Origin: Planctomycetota bacterium
GTDB lineage: Bacteria; Planctomycetota; Planctomycetia; Pirellulales; UBA1268
Assembly (NCBI GenBank): GCA_016872955.1
Contig: VGYP01000003.1
Coordinates: 1-35,425, forward strand
Direction of reading: 5' to 3'
Length of the DNA stretch: 35,425 nucleotides
Positions within the stretch are counted from its first letter, which is position 1, and the number at the start of each line of letters is the position of its first letter. The position numbers were made by a program, and so were the translations under genes. Positions 1 through 10,100 of the stretch are shown piece by piece. The notes under the pieces were generated by a model. The model had not been told where the DNA came from, ran no database searches, and saw only the letters and a program-made list of their open reading frames with translations.

Positions 1-44
1 CGAAGCAGGCCCACGATCTGCTCTGTACTGCGTCGCTTCTTCAT
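1..44 (-). CDS. IS3-family transposase OrfA, 5' fragment (truncated by window edge)
   Basis: ATG AAG AAG CGA CGC AGT ACA GAG CAG ATC GTG GGC CTG CTT; too short to appear in the ORF track. Confidence 0.75.
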   Translation of the reverse strand, partial: MKKRRSTEQIVGLL

Positions 45-121
45 TCGAGAACCCTTTCCAGCCTCCGATGGAGCACGAGGATTCCCTCACAAGAGCTGGG
101 TCACCATTTGGGGAGGGGTCA
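1..121 (-). mobile_element. Left end of an IS3-family (IS407-like) insertion sequence, running off the window edge
   Basis: Minus strand from 121 reads TGACCCCTCCCCAAATGGTGACCC (5'-TG start, IS3-type IR), then an SD-like GGAAAGG and ATG at 44 encoding MKKRRSTEQIVGLL, which resembles IS3/IS407 OrfA N-termini (MKKxRFSEEQIIxIL). Confidence 0.8.
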
Positions 122-323
122 CGTAGATCCACGCCAGGTGCTGCCTCAGGACCGGCTTCTCACGCCTTGCTTTTCGCCGATCTCCCGGCGGCTCGACGTG
201 GGACAGCATCTTCACAAGCGTCCGCCAGTTGATGCCGTATTCCCGGCAGGCGGTTCGCTTCGACAACTCGCCGGTCAGGACCCGGCGGCGGACCTCCGTC
301 CACATCTCCAACGCTGCATACAC
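122..323 (-). pseudogene. istA: IS21-family transposase IstA, N-terminal HTH fragment, disrupted
   Basis: GTG at 323 gives VYAALEMWTEVRRRVLTGELSKRTACREYGINWRTLVKMLSHVEPPGDRRKARREKPVL, a typical IstA N-terminus. Similarity stops at the IS3 IR (121) and the frame terminates at 87. Confidence 0.8.
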
Positions 324-388
324 GCCTCGTGCCTCGCTCTCGGAAAGGAGAAATCGCGGCTCCGCCGCGATTGTCCTGGCCGACAACA
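122..388 (-). mobile_element. Left part of an IS21-family element interrupted by the IS3 element
   Basis: Contains the istA N-terminus. Candidate IRL TGTTGTCGGCCAG begins at 388 (alternative end TGTAGAACG at 446). Perfect 9-bp hairpin AATCGCGGC-TCC-GCCGCGATT at 352-372 in the leader. Confidence 0.65.
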
Positions 389-726
389 CTGCACAGTTGT
401 GCGCTGCATTGTTCGACCGGCCGGACGACCCAGCGGACGTTCTACATCGTGGCGGGGTCGAGCCCGAGCCGATCGCGGCGACGCTTCCCGGGCTGAAAAG
501 TCGTCGGCAGGCTGGCTTCCTGCGCGGCCAGACGCCGTTGCGACGCACCTCCCCATTGCCGCCAGTCAGCCGCAGACAGCGGGGATGCTGCGATGGCCCC
601 GGCGACACAGAGTCAGAACACCGTGCGATGCATGAGACATTCATCCCTGCGGAGACCCGGCCGGCTGTCCGCTGCCACCAATCGCCGAGCCGACGGATTA
701 GGGGCCACCGCCGGACCAACTGCGGG

Positions 727-1509
727 TCAGCGACGGTTGTTGAGTTTTGCCAGCAGGCGAAGAATCTCGAGGTACAGCCAGACCAGCGTCACCATCAAGG
801 CGAACGCGCCGTACCACTCAAGGTATTTGGGCACACCCCGTTCGGCCGCCTGTTCGATAAAATCAAAGTCGAGCACTAGGTTGAGAGCGGCGATTCCCAC
901 CACTACCACGCTAAAGCCGATACCGATCAGGCCACTGCCGAAGAGCGACGTGAAGAGCTGGAATCCGAAGAGCCCCGCCACGAAGGTCACGAGGTAAAGC
1001 AGCGCGATTCCACCGGTGGCCGCCACGATGCCGAGCTTGAAGTTCTCGGTGGCCCTGATGAGACCGGACTGGTACGCCAGCAGCAGGCAGAACAGCGTGC
1101 CGAAGGTGCCACCCACCGCCTGGATGACGATGCCGGGATACTGCGACTCGAATCCCGCCGAGATGCCCCCCAGAAACAGTCCCTCGGCCATGGCGTAGAT
1201 CGGCGCGAGGGCGGGGGCCCAGGTGTGCTTGAAACAAATCACGACCGCTGCGACGAGCCCCACGATCGCCCCGCCGAAGACCCAGGGAGCGACCGAGCCG
1301 ACTGCGGCCGTCGGATCGGCCTCGACCAACCGGAAGGTGCGTGACCAGGTGAAACAGGCCGCCCCGAAGGCCAGCATCAGCAGAAAGAACGTCTTCTGGG
1401 CCGTGCCGTTGATCGTCATTCCGCTCACCGGAGCGGCGGCCGTGTTCCCGCGGAAGACGCCGAAGTTCTCGAAGGTGTTGGCGTGGAGGGCCGGGTTGCC
1501 GGTACGCAT
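727..1509 (-). CDS. Bax inhibitor-1/YccA family membrane protein
   Basis: MRTGNPAL start, MTINGT, about 7 hydrophobic segments, NLVLDFDFIE and LVWLYLEILRLL motifs. Start moved from 1542 to ATG 1509. Confidence 0.9.
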   Translation of the reverse strand: MRTGNPALHANTFENFGVFRGNTAAAPVSGMTINGTAQKTFFLLMLAFGAACFTWSRTFRLVEADPTAAVGSVAPWVFGGAIVGLVAAVVICFKHTWAPALAPIYAMAEGLFLGGISAGFESQYPGIVIQAVGGTFGTLFCLLLAYQSGLIRATENFKLGIVAATGGIALLYLVTFVAGLFGFQLFTSLFGSGLIGIGFSVVVVGIAALNLVLDFDFIEQAAERGVPKYLEWYGAFALMVTLVWLYLEILRLLAKLNNRR

Positions 1510-1605
1510 GGGCGATCGCTCCCTGAGGATGCCGGACGACATGATCCGGCGTTCGGAAAGACTATCACCGGGCGGGGGGCAACAGGAACGGCGGCCAAAA
1601 AGTCG

Positions 1606-2633
1606 TCATTCCGCGGGCCTCGTCTCCACCCGCTTAAAGAGGCCGAAGAGATCGCTGTCGGTCGTGAGCACCACGGTGGTGTCTTCGCATAGGTGTCGAG
1701 GGTCTTCAGGAAGGCGTAGAAGTCGGCGGCAACAGGGCTCGAGCCGTAGGCGGCGGCATAGATTTCCGATGCTTTGGCTTCGGCGGTGCCGCGGAGTTCC
1801 TGGGCCTTGCGGTAGGCCTCCGACTGGATCCGCTGCAGTTCCCGCTCCCTGCGGCCCTCGATCTTGGCGGCTTCGCCGGCCCCCTCGGAGCGGAACCGTT
1901 CGGCGATCTGCAGTCGCTCCGAAACCATGCGGTCGTAGATCTTGCCGATCACCCCCTGCTTGTAGTTGAGCCGCTTCACGCGGACGTCGAGCAGCTCGAT
2001 CCCCCAGATGCCCATCTTCGGGGCGGCGGCCTCAAGAATCTGCCGCTCTAGTTCCTCGCGGCCGAATCGGATCGGCGCCAGATGACCGATCAAGGCCCCC
2101 GCCTCGACGAGCGCTGCGTCCTGCTCGACTTCGCGATCCTTGTCGGAGCGGACGAGTTCGATCAGATCGTGCCGGGCGACGACGTTGCGGGTTTCGCTGC
2201 CGAGGATGTCGTCGATCCGGGAAAGGGCGCTCCGCTCGTCCCGCAGGCTCTGAAAATAGACGAGAGGATTGACGATCCGCCACCGGGCGAAGGTATCGAC
2301 CACGACGTAGAGTTTGTCGCGGGTGGTCATCTCGGCTGGCGGCCCGTCCCACTCCAGGATCCGCTTCTCGAACCGGTTGGCCGCCTGCACGAACGGAATC
2401 TTGAAGTGCAGCCCCGGGCGGGAGCCGCCGGCGGCATTGGAGTTGATCGGCTCACCGACCGGCCGGCCGAACTGGGTGAGCACCACCTGTTCGGTCTGGT
2501 CGACGGTGTAGGCGCAGCCGAAGATCACGATGCCCGCTAGGATCACGAAGCCGGCGCCGAACGGCGAAAAGAGCAGGTCCGACAGCCGCCGGAGCAACTG
2601 GGGGAGCGGGTGGTTGATGGGCAGTGGGCTCAC
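1606..2633 (-). CDS. hflC: Protease modulator HflC (SPFH), with a frameshift at about 1681-1688
   Basis: TQFGRP, PGLHFKIPF, TRDKLYVVVD, RMVSER, FRSEG, FYAFLKTL motifs. The canonical tail EDTTVVLTTDSDLFGLFKRVETRPAE* lies in another frame and ends at TGA 1606-1608. As written, the ORF reads on to 1425. Confidence 0.85.
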
Positions 2634-3640
2634 GGCACGGTCCTCCGCGGCTGTAGGTCGCCGGCCGCCGGTCCGCCGAGGTTCAACAGCGGGAGGAACT
2701 GCTTCGCCTCCTCGTCCAGAATCACCGTGTCGCCGAGCCTCGGCAGCAACTCCCGCATCGTCTCCAGGTAGAGCCGCCGCCTCGTCACGGCGGGCGCCTT
2801 GTCGTACTCCTTCAAAAGCGAGCGGAAACGGGCGACGTCGCCCTCGGCCTCATTGACCCGCCGAACGGCGTAGCCTTCGGACTCACTGAGCATCCGTTGG
2901 GCCTCGCCGCTGGCACGAGGCACCACCTTGTTGTATTCACCCTGGGCCTGGTTGATCATCTGCTCCCGCTCCTGCTGCGCGCGGTTGACCTCGTCGAAGG
3001 AGGCCTGCACGGCGGCCGGCGGATGGACGTTCTTGAGCTGCACCTGCTGCACCCGCAGCCCCATGCGGAGATCGTGGACGAGTTTCGTGAGCCCGGCGAT
3101 GGCCGCCGTCTCGATGCCCTGCCGGCCGATCGTGAGCACCTCGTCCACGGTACGGTCGCCCACCACCTCCCGCATCACGCTCTCGGCAAGATCGCGGAGC
3201 GTGAGTTCGGGATCCCGCATCGTGAACAGGTAGGCCTCGGGATCACTGATCTCGTACTGCACGACCCACTCGACGTGTGCGGCGTTGAGGTCGCCCGTGA
3301 CCATGTCGCTTTCGCGTTCCGGATCAGAGGCCAGCTGGTAGAGGTTGGTAACGCCCTGGGTGCCGAAGCCGAACTCCATCTTCAACTGCCGCTTGACCGG
3401 CACGATCGTGACGGTGTCGATCCCGAACGGAAGCTTGAACCGCAGGCCGGGGCCGACGGTGCCGACGTAGCGACCGAATCGCTGGATCACGCCGACGCTC
3501 TCGGGGCCCACCGTGTACACACCACGGGCCAGGCCACCCGCCAGGAGCAGGAGCACCGCTGCGGCTCCGATCAGCCGGGGGTCGAGACGGACCGGGCCCC
3601 GGGAAAACGATCCGGACGCGAACTTGGAAGACCGGTCCAC
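2630..3640 (-). CDS. hflK: FtsH protease activity modulator HflK (SPFH)
   Basis: One TM, GVIQRFG, PGLRFKLPFGID, MVTGDLN, ASFDEVNRAQQE, RRLYLETM; overlaps hflC start by 4 bp (GTGA). Confidence 0.93.
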   Translation of the reverse strand: MDRSSKFASGSFSRGPVRLDPRLIGAAAVLLLLAGGLARGVYTVGPESVGVIQRFGRYVGTVGPGLRFKLPFGIDTVTIVPVKRQLKMEFGFGTQGVTNLYQLASDPERESDMVTGDLNAAHVEWVVQYEISDPEAYLFTMRDPELTLRDLAESVMREVVGDRTVDEVLTIGRQGIETAAIAGLTKLVHDLRMGLRVQQVQLKNVHPPAAVQASFDEVNRAQQEREQMINQAQGEYNKVVPRASGEAQRMLSESEGYAVRRVNEAEGDVARFRSLLKEYDKAPAVTRRRLYLETMRELLPRLGDTVILDEEAKQFLPLLNLGGPAAGDLQPRRTVP

Positions 3641-3787
3641 GCTGCTACCCGCGGGATGTGCCTCGACTCCTCGCCGACCTTAGCTCGCCGCCGCGGCGTT
3701 GTCGAACCGCCCGCCACATTCGTTTGCCCGCCGCCGCGGGGGCTGCGACAATCCCCGTCGCCCCCCCCCATCTCCCGGAGAATCCGC

Positions 3788-4798
3788 ATGACCCGCCCGT
3801 CGCTCGTCCTGGCCCTCTGCCTCTCCCTGCCGGCGGTGCTGCCGGTGGGGGCCGGTGATCCCTGGTTGGCGGTCGCCGGAGGTGAAGGGGCCGGCAAGGG
3901 CAAACGGGTGGTGCTCGTCAGTGGCGACGAGGAATATCGCAGCGAAGAAGCGCTCACGCAGTTGGCAAAGATCCTCGCGACCCATCACGGCTTCGACTGC
4001 ACGGTGCTCTACGCGATCGATCCGGCCAGTGGACAGATCAACCCCAACGAACAGAAGAACATCCCCGGCCTCGAGGCCCTGCGGCAGGCCGACCTGATGG
4101 TCATCGCCACCCGGTTTCGCAACCTCCCCGACGAGCAGATGCAGGCGATCGACGCGTATCTCAAGGCCGGCAAGCCGGTCGTCGGCGTGCGGACGGCCAC
4201 CCACGCCTTCAGCATCCCGAAGGATCGCGCCTTCGCCCGCTACAGCTGGGATCACAAGGGGGAGAACTTCACCGAGGGCTTCGGCAGGCAGGTGTTGGGC
4301 GAGACGTGGATCAGCCACCACGGCCACCACGGCAAGGAGAGCACGCGTGGGCTGGCCGCGGCCGACGCAAAGGACCACCCGATCCTGCGTGGCATCGCCG
4401 ACGGTGACATCTGGGGGCCGACCGATGTGTACGGCGTCCGCCTGCCGCTGCCGGGGGACTCGCGACCGCTCGTGTTTGGTCAGGTGCTTGCCGGTATGCA
4501 GGCCGATGCGACGCCGGTCGAGGGCAGGAAGAACGCCCCGATGATGCCGGTGGCATGGACGAAGACCTACTCCATCGAAGGCGGGCCGCAAGGCCGCGTG
4601 TTCACCACCACGATGGGGTCTTCGACCGATCTCGCCGCCGGGGGGACACGGCGCATGCTCGTCAACGCCTGCTACTGGGCGGCCGGGCTCGAAGACAAGA
4701 TTCCCGCCACGTCGTGCGTGGATATCGTCGGCCCGTTCGAGCCCACGCCGTTCGGGTTCAACGCCGCCCGGAAGGGGCTCAAGCCGGGCGACCTATGA
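3788..4798 (+). CDS. ThuA-like (trehalose utilisation / class I GATase-like) secreted protein
   Basis: Signal-peptide-like MTRPSLVLALCLSLPAV; VLVSGDEEYRSEE, IPGLEAL, GVRTATHAF, RVFTTTMG, NACYWA. The ORF part upstream of 3788 is the antisense shadow of hflK. Confidence 0.82.
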   Translation: MTRPSLVLALCLSLPAVLPVGAGDPWLAVAGGEGAGKGKRVVLVSGDEEYRSEEALTQLAKILATHHGFDCTVLYAIDPASGQINPNEQKNIPGLEALRQADLMVIATRFRNLPDEQMQAIDAYLKAGKPVVGVRTATHAFSIPKDRAFARYSWDHKGENFTEGFGRQVLGETWISHHGHHGKESTRGLAAADAKDHPILRGIADGDIWGPTDVYGVRLPLPGDSRPLVFGQVLAGMQADATPVEGRKNAPMMPVAWTKTYSIEGGPQGRVFTTTMGSSTDLAAGGTRRMLVNACYWAAGLEDKIPATSCVDIVGPFEPTPFGFNAARKGLKPGDL

Positions 4799-4799
4799 G

Positions 4800-5759
4800 T
4801 CAGCCGTCGTCTTCGAGCCTGGCGGCGTAGCGGTCGACAGCTCCGAACCGGAACGCACCGGGGTGAAAGAGGACGGCTAGCACCTCGAGAGAATCGACGA
4901 GTCGCGGGCCGGGCCGGTTGAGCAGATGATGGCCGTCGACGGCCCAGAGCCGGCCGGTCCGGGTCGCCCGCAGCGATCGCAGGTGGGGCCAGACCGCGGC
5001 CGAGCGGGCCTCCGCCGTGATGCGATCGAGCGAGAAACCGCAGGGTGTGAGGATCACCAGGTCGGGGTCGGCCGCGCTGACGGCGGGCCAGTCGATCCAG
5101 TGGGAGTGCTGCCCAGCGCGACCAAGGACGTCGTCACCGCCGGCGAGGCGGACGAGTTCCGGCACCCAGTTGCCCGCCGCCATCGGCGGGTCGAGCCATT
5201 CGATGACGGCCACCCGCGGACGCGGCTGGCCGGTTCGGATGAGCGACTTCACACGGCAGGCCACCGAGTCGCAGCGGGCCTGCAGGCGGGCGACCAGTTC
5301 TCGCGCCGTGGCGAGCGTGCCGGTGGCCGCGGCCACGGCGAGAATATCGTGCCATAGGCCGGCAAGATTCGTGGTGGACAGGGTGACCACGCGGGGTGCA
5401 TGCCCAACGCGACGGACCGCTTCGGCCACGTCTCCCCCGGCGATCGCGCACACATCACACGTGGCCTGCGTGAGGACCACGTCGGGCCGCAGCGCGGCGA
5501 CCGCGTCACTGTCGAGTGTGAACAGGGCCAGCGACGTGCCGGGCTCGTCGGCAACAGCCCGGCCCACGGCTTCGTGGATCCGCCGGCTGTCGGCGGTAGC
5601 ATCGACGCGGGGCTTGGTCAGCGACGGCAGGGCGGCGATCCCCGCCGGAAAGTCACACTCATGGGAGCGGCCCACGAGCGCCCTCTGGAGGCCGAGTGCC
5701 GCGACGATCTCGGTGGCGGCTGGCAGGAGCGAAACGATGCGGGGAGGGGCCGTGTCCAT
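4800..5759 (-). CDS. BtuF/Fe-siderophore type binding-protein fold ('cobalamin-binding protein'), no signal peptide
   Basis: RIVSLLPAATEIV, VGRSHECDFP, TQATCDVCA, EWLDPPMAAGNWVPE, NRPGPRLVDSLE. Confidence 0.85.
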   Translation of the reverse strand: MDTAPPRIVSLLPAATEIVAALGLQRALVGRSHECDFPAGIAALPSLTKPRVDATADSRRIHEAVGRAVADEPGTSLALFTLDSDAVAALRPDVVLTQATCDVCAIAGGDVAEAVRRVGHAPRVVTLSTTNLAGLWHDILAVAAATGTLATARELVARLQARCDSVACRVKSLIRTGQPRPRVAVIEWLDPPMAAGNWVPELVRLAGGDDVLGRAGQHSHWIDWPAVSAADPDLVILTPCGFSLDRITAEARSAAVWPHLRSLRATRTGRLWAVDGHHLLNRPGPRLVDSLEVLAVLFHPGAFRFGAVDRYAARLEDDG

Positions 5760-5855
5760 GTCCTGAGTTCCATCTCCTGAATGGCGACGCGGGACGGGCC
5801 TCATGTCAGGCCCGCCCCGCGAGGCAGAGGCACGGAGTGTGCCCGACGGTCGCCG

Positions 5856-7136
5856 TTACCAGCGGCCCTCGAGTCCCAGGCTCACACCCTGCACGAGGAC
5901 GCCGCCGTTGGCATTGAGCGTACCGGCCGGTGTCTGACCCACCTGCAGCGTCTGGCCCGAGAGCTGCTGCGTGGGTTGTGCGATGCCGGAGAGCCAGAGG
6001 CCGAAGTATCCGACGCGAACGTCGATGCGGCTGGTGACGGGCACGACGCCTGTAAGGCCCACCTCGCCGGCGAAGGCGCCGCTCAGGGGTGACTCGCCGA
6101 TCGCCACCGATACCGACCCCGGATTGTTGGGATTGGTCGTCGAATACTGCGACGACTGCACGGCGTTGTTGTAGTAGACGCCAGCCTTGACCACGCCGTC
6201 GAAGCGGATCCAGGGTGTGGCCAGGACGTTGGCGTCGAGGCCGATCTGCCCCCCGTAGAGATCGTTGAAACAGTTGGTCTGATAGAACTCGGTCTCGGCA
6301 CCGGCACCGGTGCCCTGCAGTGTGAACTGCTCCTGCCACTCGATCCAGCGGAAGCCCGCCAGGAAGCGGAGATGCTGGCCGTGGCCGTGGTGGCGGTTGA
6401 GTTCGAAGCTCTGCAGACGGCTGCCCAGGTTGGCATCACCATCCGTGAGGGAAGCCGCGGCATTCCCGAAGATTCCGGGTGACGCGAGCGTATAGGGGGC
6501 GCTGACGGCCGACAGCGGCCGCATGCTGCGGAAGTTGGCCGCCCGCAGATACGTGGCCTCGACCGCATGCCCCGTGCAGTTGTTGAGGCGGAAGATCGAG
6601 AACCGCGGCCCCGCCGCCGCCTCGCTGTCCAGGCCGTTGGCGTTGAGCAGCGGGCCGGCCACGAGCGAGTTGTTGAGCAAAGGGCGATCCGGTGGGGCAT
6701 CTCGCCAGAGGATCAGGGCATCGGCCCGACCGATCCAGCAGGCTTTCTTGCCATGACCCTTGCCACAGCCGCAGACGTCGAAGAGCGCCGATGGGCAGCA
6801 CTGGTCGCAGCCGGCACCCGTGCAACTCGGGCAGCCGCCGTCACTGGAAATAAACACCTGGCCGCCGCCGAAGTCTCCCGACTCGACCACCGTGCCCGGA
6901 TCGCTGGGGACGGCCTCCGTGACAGCATGATCGTGGATCACCTGGCCGCCCGCGCCGGACTCCACGAGCACGGATGCAGCGGGCTCACCGCCCCATTGCC
7001 GGGCGGCCTGGGCAGGAGCCGCGGCCATGACGGCTAGAGCGGCGAAGACGAACGTGGCGGTCGCGACGGACCTGCCGTGGAAGACGGTTTGGGAAGGGGG
7101 CACTGCCATCGTTGCTGCCTCCGAGGAAAATGCCAT
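5856..7136 (-). CDS. Putative outer-membrane beta-barrel protein (planctomycete BBP7-like)
   Basis: Signal peptide (..AAPAQA), Cys-rich linker, amphipathic strands (RFLAGFRWIE, NDLYGGQIG, VGYFGLWLSGIA), C-terminal beta-signal GVSLGLEGRW. Start may be 7109. Confidence 0.65.
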   Translation of the reverse strand: MAFSSEAATMAVPPSQTVFHGRSVATATFVFAALAVMAAAPAQAARQWGGEPAASVLVESGAGGQVIHDHAVTEAVPSDPGTVVESGDFGGGQVFISSDGGCPSCTGAGCDQCCPSALFDVCGCGKGHGKKACWIGRADALILWRDAPPDRPLLNNSLVAGPLLNANGLDSEAAAGPRFSIFRLNNCTGHAVEATYLRAANFRSMRPLSAVSAPYTLASPGIFGNAAASLTDGDANLGSRLQSFELNRHHGHGQHLRFLAGFRWIEWQEQFTLQGTGAGAETEFYQTNCFNDLYGGQIGLDANVLATPWIRFDGVVKAGVYYNNAVQSSQYSTTNPNNPGSVSVAIGESPLSGAFAGEVGLTGVVPVTSRIDVRVGYFGLWLSGIAQPTQQLSGQTLQVGQTPAGTLNANGGVLVQGVSLGLEGRW

Positions 7137-7163
7137 GTCGACCGGTTGAATCGGTCGTGATGG

Positions 7164-10100
7164 TCATCCGAGGGCAGCCCTCCGCATGGCTTTCGGGTCG
7201 GGTAAACTGGGGAGAATTTGCAGGCCGAAAAACGCCGCCAGAGCTTCCCCTGTGTGGCTCCGGAGCAGATCTCCGGTCGGCTCGGCTCGGCCGCCGCCTT
7301 TCCTGCCGGGCGCGGCCCCGCGTTCGCGGTCGGCATGGATCGCGATGTCTTCCGGTGGACCCTCCGCCGTGATCCGGCCGCCGCCTGCACCGGCCTCGGG
7401 ACCCATGTCAATCACCCAGTCGGCCGCCGCGATCACCTCCAGATTGTGTTCCACCACCAGCACGGTGTTGCCCGCGTCGACGAGCCGTTCGAGCACCAGG
7501 AGCAGCTTCTCGATGTCGGAAAAGTGCAGGCCAGTGGTCGGCTCGTCGAGAATGTAGAGTGTCTTCCCGGTACCCGATTTGGCCAGTTCCCGTGACAGTT
7601 TGACCCGCTGCGCCTCGCCGCCGGAGAGCTGCGGCGCGGGCTGCCCGAGCGTGATGTAGCCGAGGCCCACGTCGACCAGCGTCCCCAGGATCCTGCTGAC
7701 CTGGGGCACGGTGGAAAAAAACTCGGCCGCCTCGCCCACGCTCATCTCGAGTACGTCGGCGATGGTGCGGCCGTGCCACTTGGCATGCAGCGTCTCCGAC
7801 GAGTAGCGGCGGCCCCGGCAATGCTCGCACTCGACCCAGACGTCGGGCAGGAAATGCATTTCGACCCGGCGCTGGCCCAGGCCCTCGCAGGCTTCGCACC
7901 GGCCGCCGGCGACGTTGAAGGAGAACGTCCGCGGCGTGAAGCCTCGGGTACGCGATTCGGGCACCTTGGCGAACAACTGGCGGATGGGATCGAAGGCGCC
8001 GGTGTAGGTGGCCGGTGTCGAACCCGGCGTCGAGCCGATCGGCTCCTGGTCGACGAGGATCACCTTGTCGATCTGGTCCAACCCGGTGAGTTTCGTGAAT
8101 CGTCCCGGCTGCTCGCGGGCCGCGTGCAGCCTCCTGGCGAGCGCCCGCCAGAGCACCTCGAGCACGAGCGACGTCTTGCCCGACCCGCTGGGCCCGGTGA
8201 CGGCCGCGAGCACGCCCAGGGGGAACCGGGCGTCGAGGTCGCGAAGCGTGCGGTGCTGGATACCGCGGATTTCCAACCAGCCGGTGGGTCGGCGCCGCCC
8301 GTCGGCCCGCTTGCGGGCGAGCACCGCGTCGCAGGCCCGCCGTGACGACAGATAAGGGCCCGTGACGCTGCCGCGGGTCCGCTCCAGTCGACGCGGCGCC
8401 GCCTGGGCCACGATCCGGCCCCCCTCCCGGCCGCTGCCGGGGCCGAAGTCGAGGGCATGGTCCGCCGCCGCCACCACGTCCCGGTCGTGCTCGACCACGA
8501 CCACAGTGTTGCCGAGATCGCGAAGCTTGCCCAGCGCCGCGATCAGTCGGTGCGTGTCGCGCGGGTGCAGCCCGATCGTCGGCTCATCGAGCACATAGAG
8601 CACCCCGGTCAGCCCGCTGCCGACCTGGGCGGCCAGGCGGATCCGCTGCATCTCGCCCCCCGACAAGCTGCCGGCTGGCCGCGCCATATCGAGATAGTCG
8701 AGTCCCACGTCGACGAGGAACGTGACCCGGGCATTGAGTTCCCGCAGCAGGTCGCCAGCGATCCGGCGGTCGGCCTCGCCGAGTGTCACCCGGCCGAGTT
8801 CCTCGCGGAGGCGGCCCAGCGGCATCCGGCACCAGACGTCCAGGTGGCGGCCCCAGAGCGTGACGGCGCTGGCCACGTCGGCGAGACGACTGCCACCGCA
8901 CTCGCTGCACGGCACCTCGTCCATGACCGCGTCCACTTTTCCACGCAGGCCGGTGACCAGTCGGGCGGCCTCCTCGCAGGCCGTCTCCAGCCCCTTGAAC
9001 TGAAAGGTGAACCACGGCCCCTTGCCCGCCACGCCCGCCGGCCGCGGCACCTCGATCCACTTCTCCCTAGCCCCCTCGAAGACGACCCGCTGCTGCAGGC
9101 CGGAGAGTTCGGCCAGCGGCACGTCGACCGGCAGTCCCGCGGCTCGGCAGAGCGCCTCGAGCATCGCCCGGCCCGGGGACCGGGCCGGCGGCCCTGCGAG
9201 CGACGGCCAGAGGTCGAGCGCGCCGGCGGCCAGCGGCAGGGAGTCGTCGCGGACGAGTGACTTGCGATCCACACCCGTGCGGGTGCCGAGCCCGTCGCAG
9301 CTCGGACACCACCCCAGCGGGCTGTTGAAGGAGAACTGCCGCGGCTCGAGCGGCTTGAACCCACGGCCGCAGTCTGGACACGCCAGCCGGCGGCTGTGGA
9401 CTTCGATCGGCCAGTCGGGTTCCTCCGCACCGTCGACCGCCCGCGCCACGAGCATCGTGCCGCCGCCCGCATCGAAGGCTGCCTCGATCCCCTGGGCCAG
9501 CCGGCTCCGCGTCGCTGGATCGGCGGTGACGCGGTCGATCACGATCTCGAGCCGGCTCTTCCGCTTGCGGTCGACCGAAGGCTTGTCTTCCAGGCGGTGG
9601 GTGCGGCCGTCGACGCGGATGCGGACGTGGCCCGCAGCCTGGAGTTGTGCCCACAGCGACTCGGGCGTCTGGCCGACGCGGAGTTCGATCGGCGCTAAGA
9701 GCAACAGCCGCGTGCCCGGCGGGTGCGCGAGCAACCGGTCGACCACCTGATCCACGCTCTGGCTCCCCACCGGCGAGCCGCAGTCGGGGCAGTGCATCAC
9801 GCCCAGCCGTGCCGCCAGCACCCGGAAGTGGTCGTACATCTCCGTCAGCGTGCCGACCGTCGACCGGGGCGTCCCGCCTCCACCCCGCTGCTCGATCGCC
9901 ACCGCCGGCGCCAGCCCCTCGATCTTCTCGAACACCGGCTTGGGCACCTGGCCGACGAACTGCCGCGCGTAGGGAGACAGGCTCTCCACGTAACGTCGCT
10001 GCCCCTCGGCGTAGAGCGTGTCGAAGGCGAGCGACGTCTTGCCGCTGCCGCTGGGGCCGCAGCAGACGGTCATGGCACCGCGGGGAATGTCGGCGTCGAC

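Noticed and set aside
447-726. Possible small gene or RNA between the IS21 end and the BI-1 gene
   Set aside because: No recognisable protein motif or convincing structure in any frame.
2897-3787. N-terminal 297 aa of the 633-aa ORF 2897..4798
   Set aside because: Mostly antisense shadow of hflK; the ThuA-like protein has its own ATG and signal peptide at 3788.
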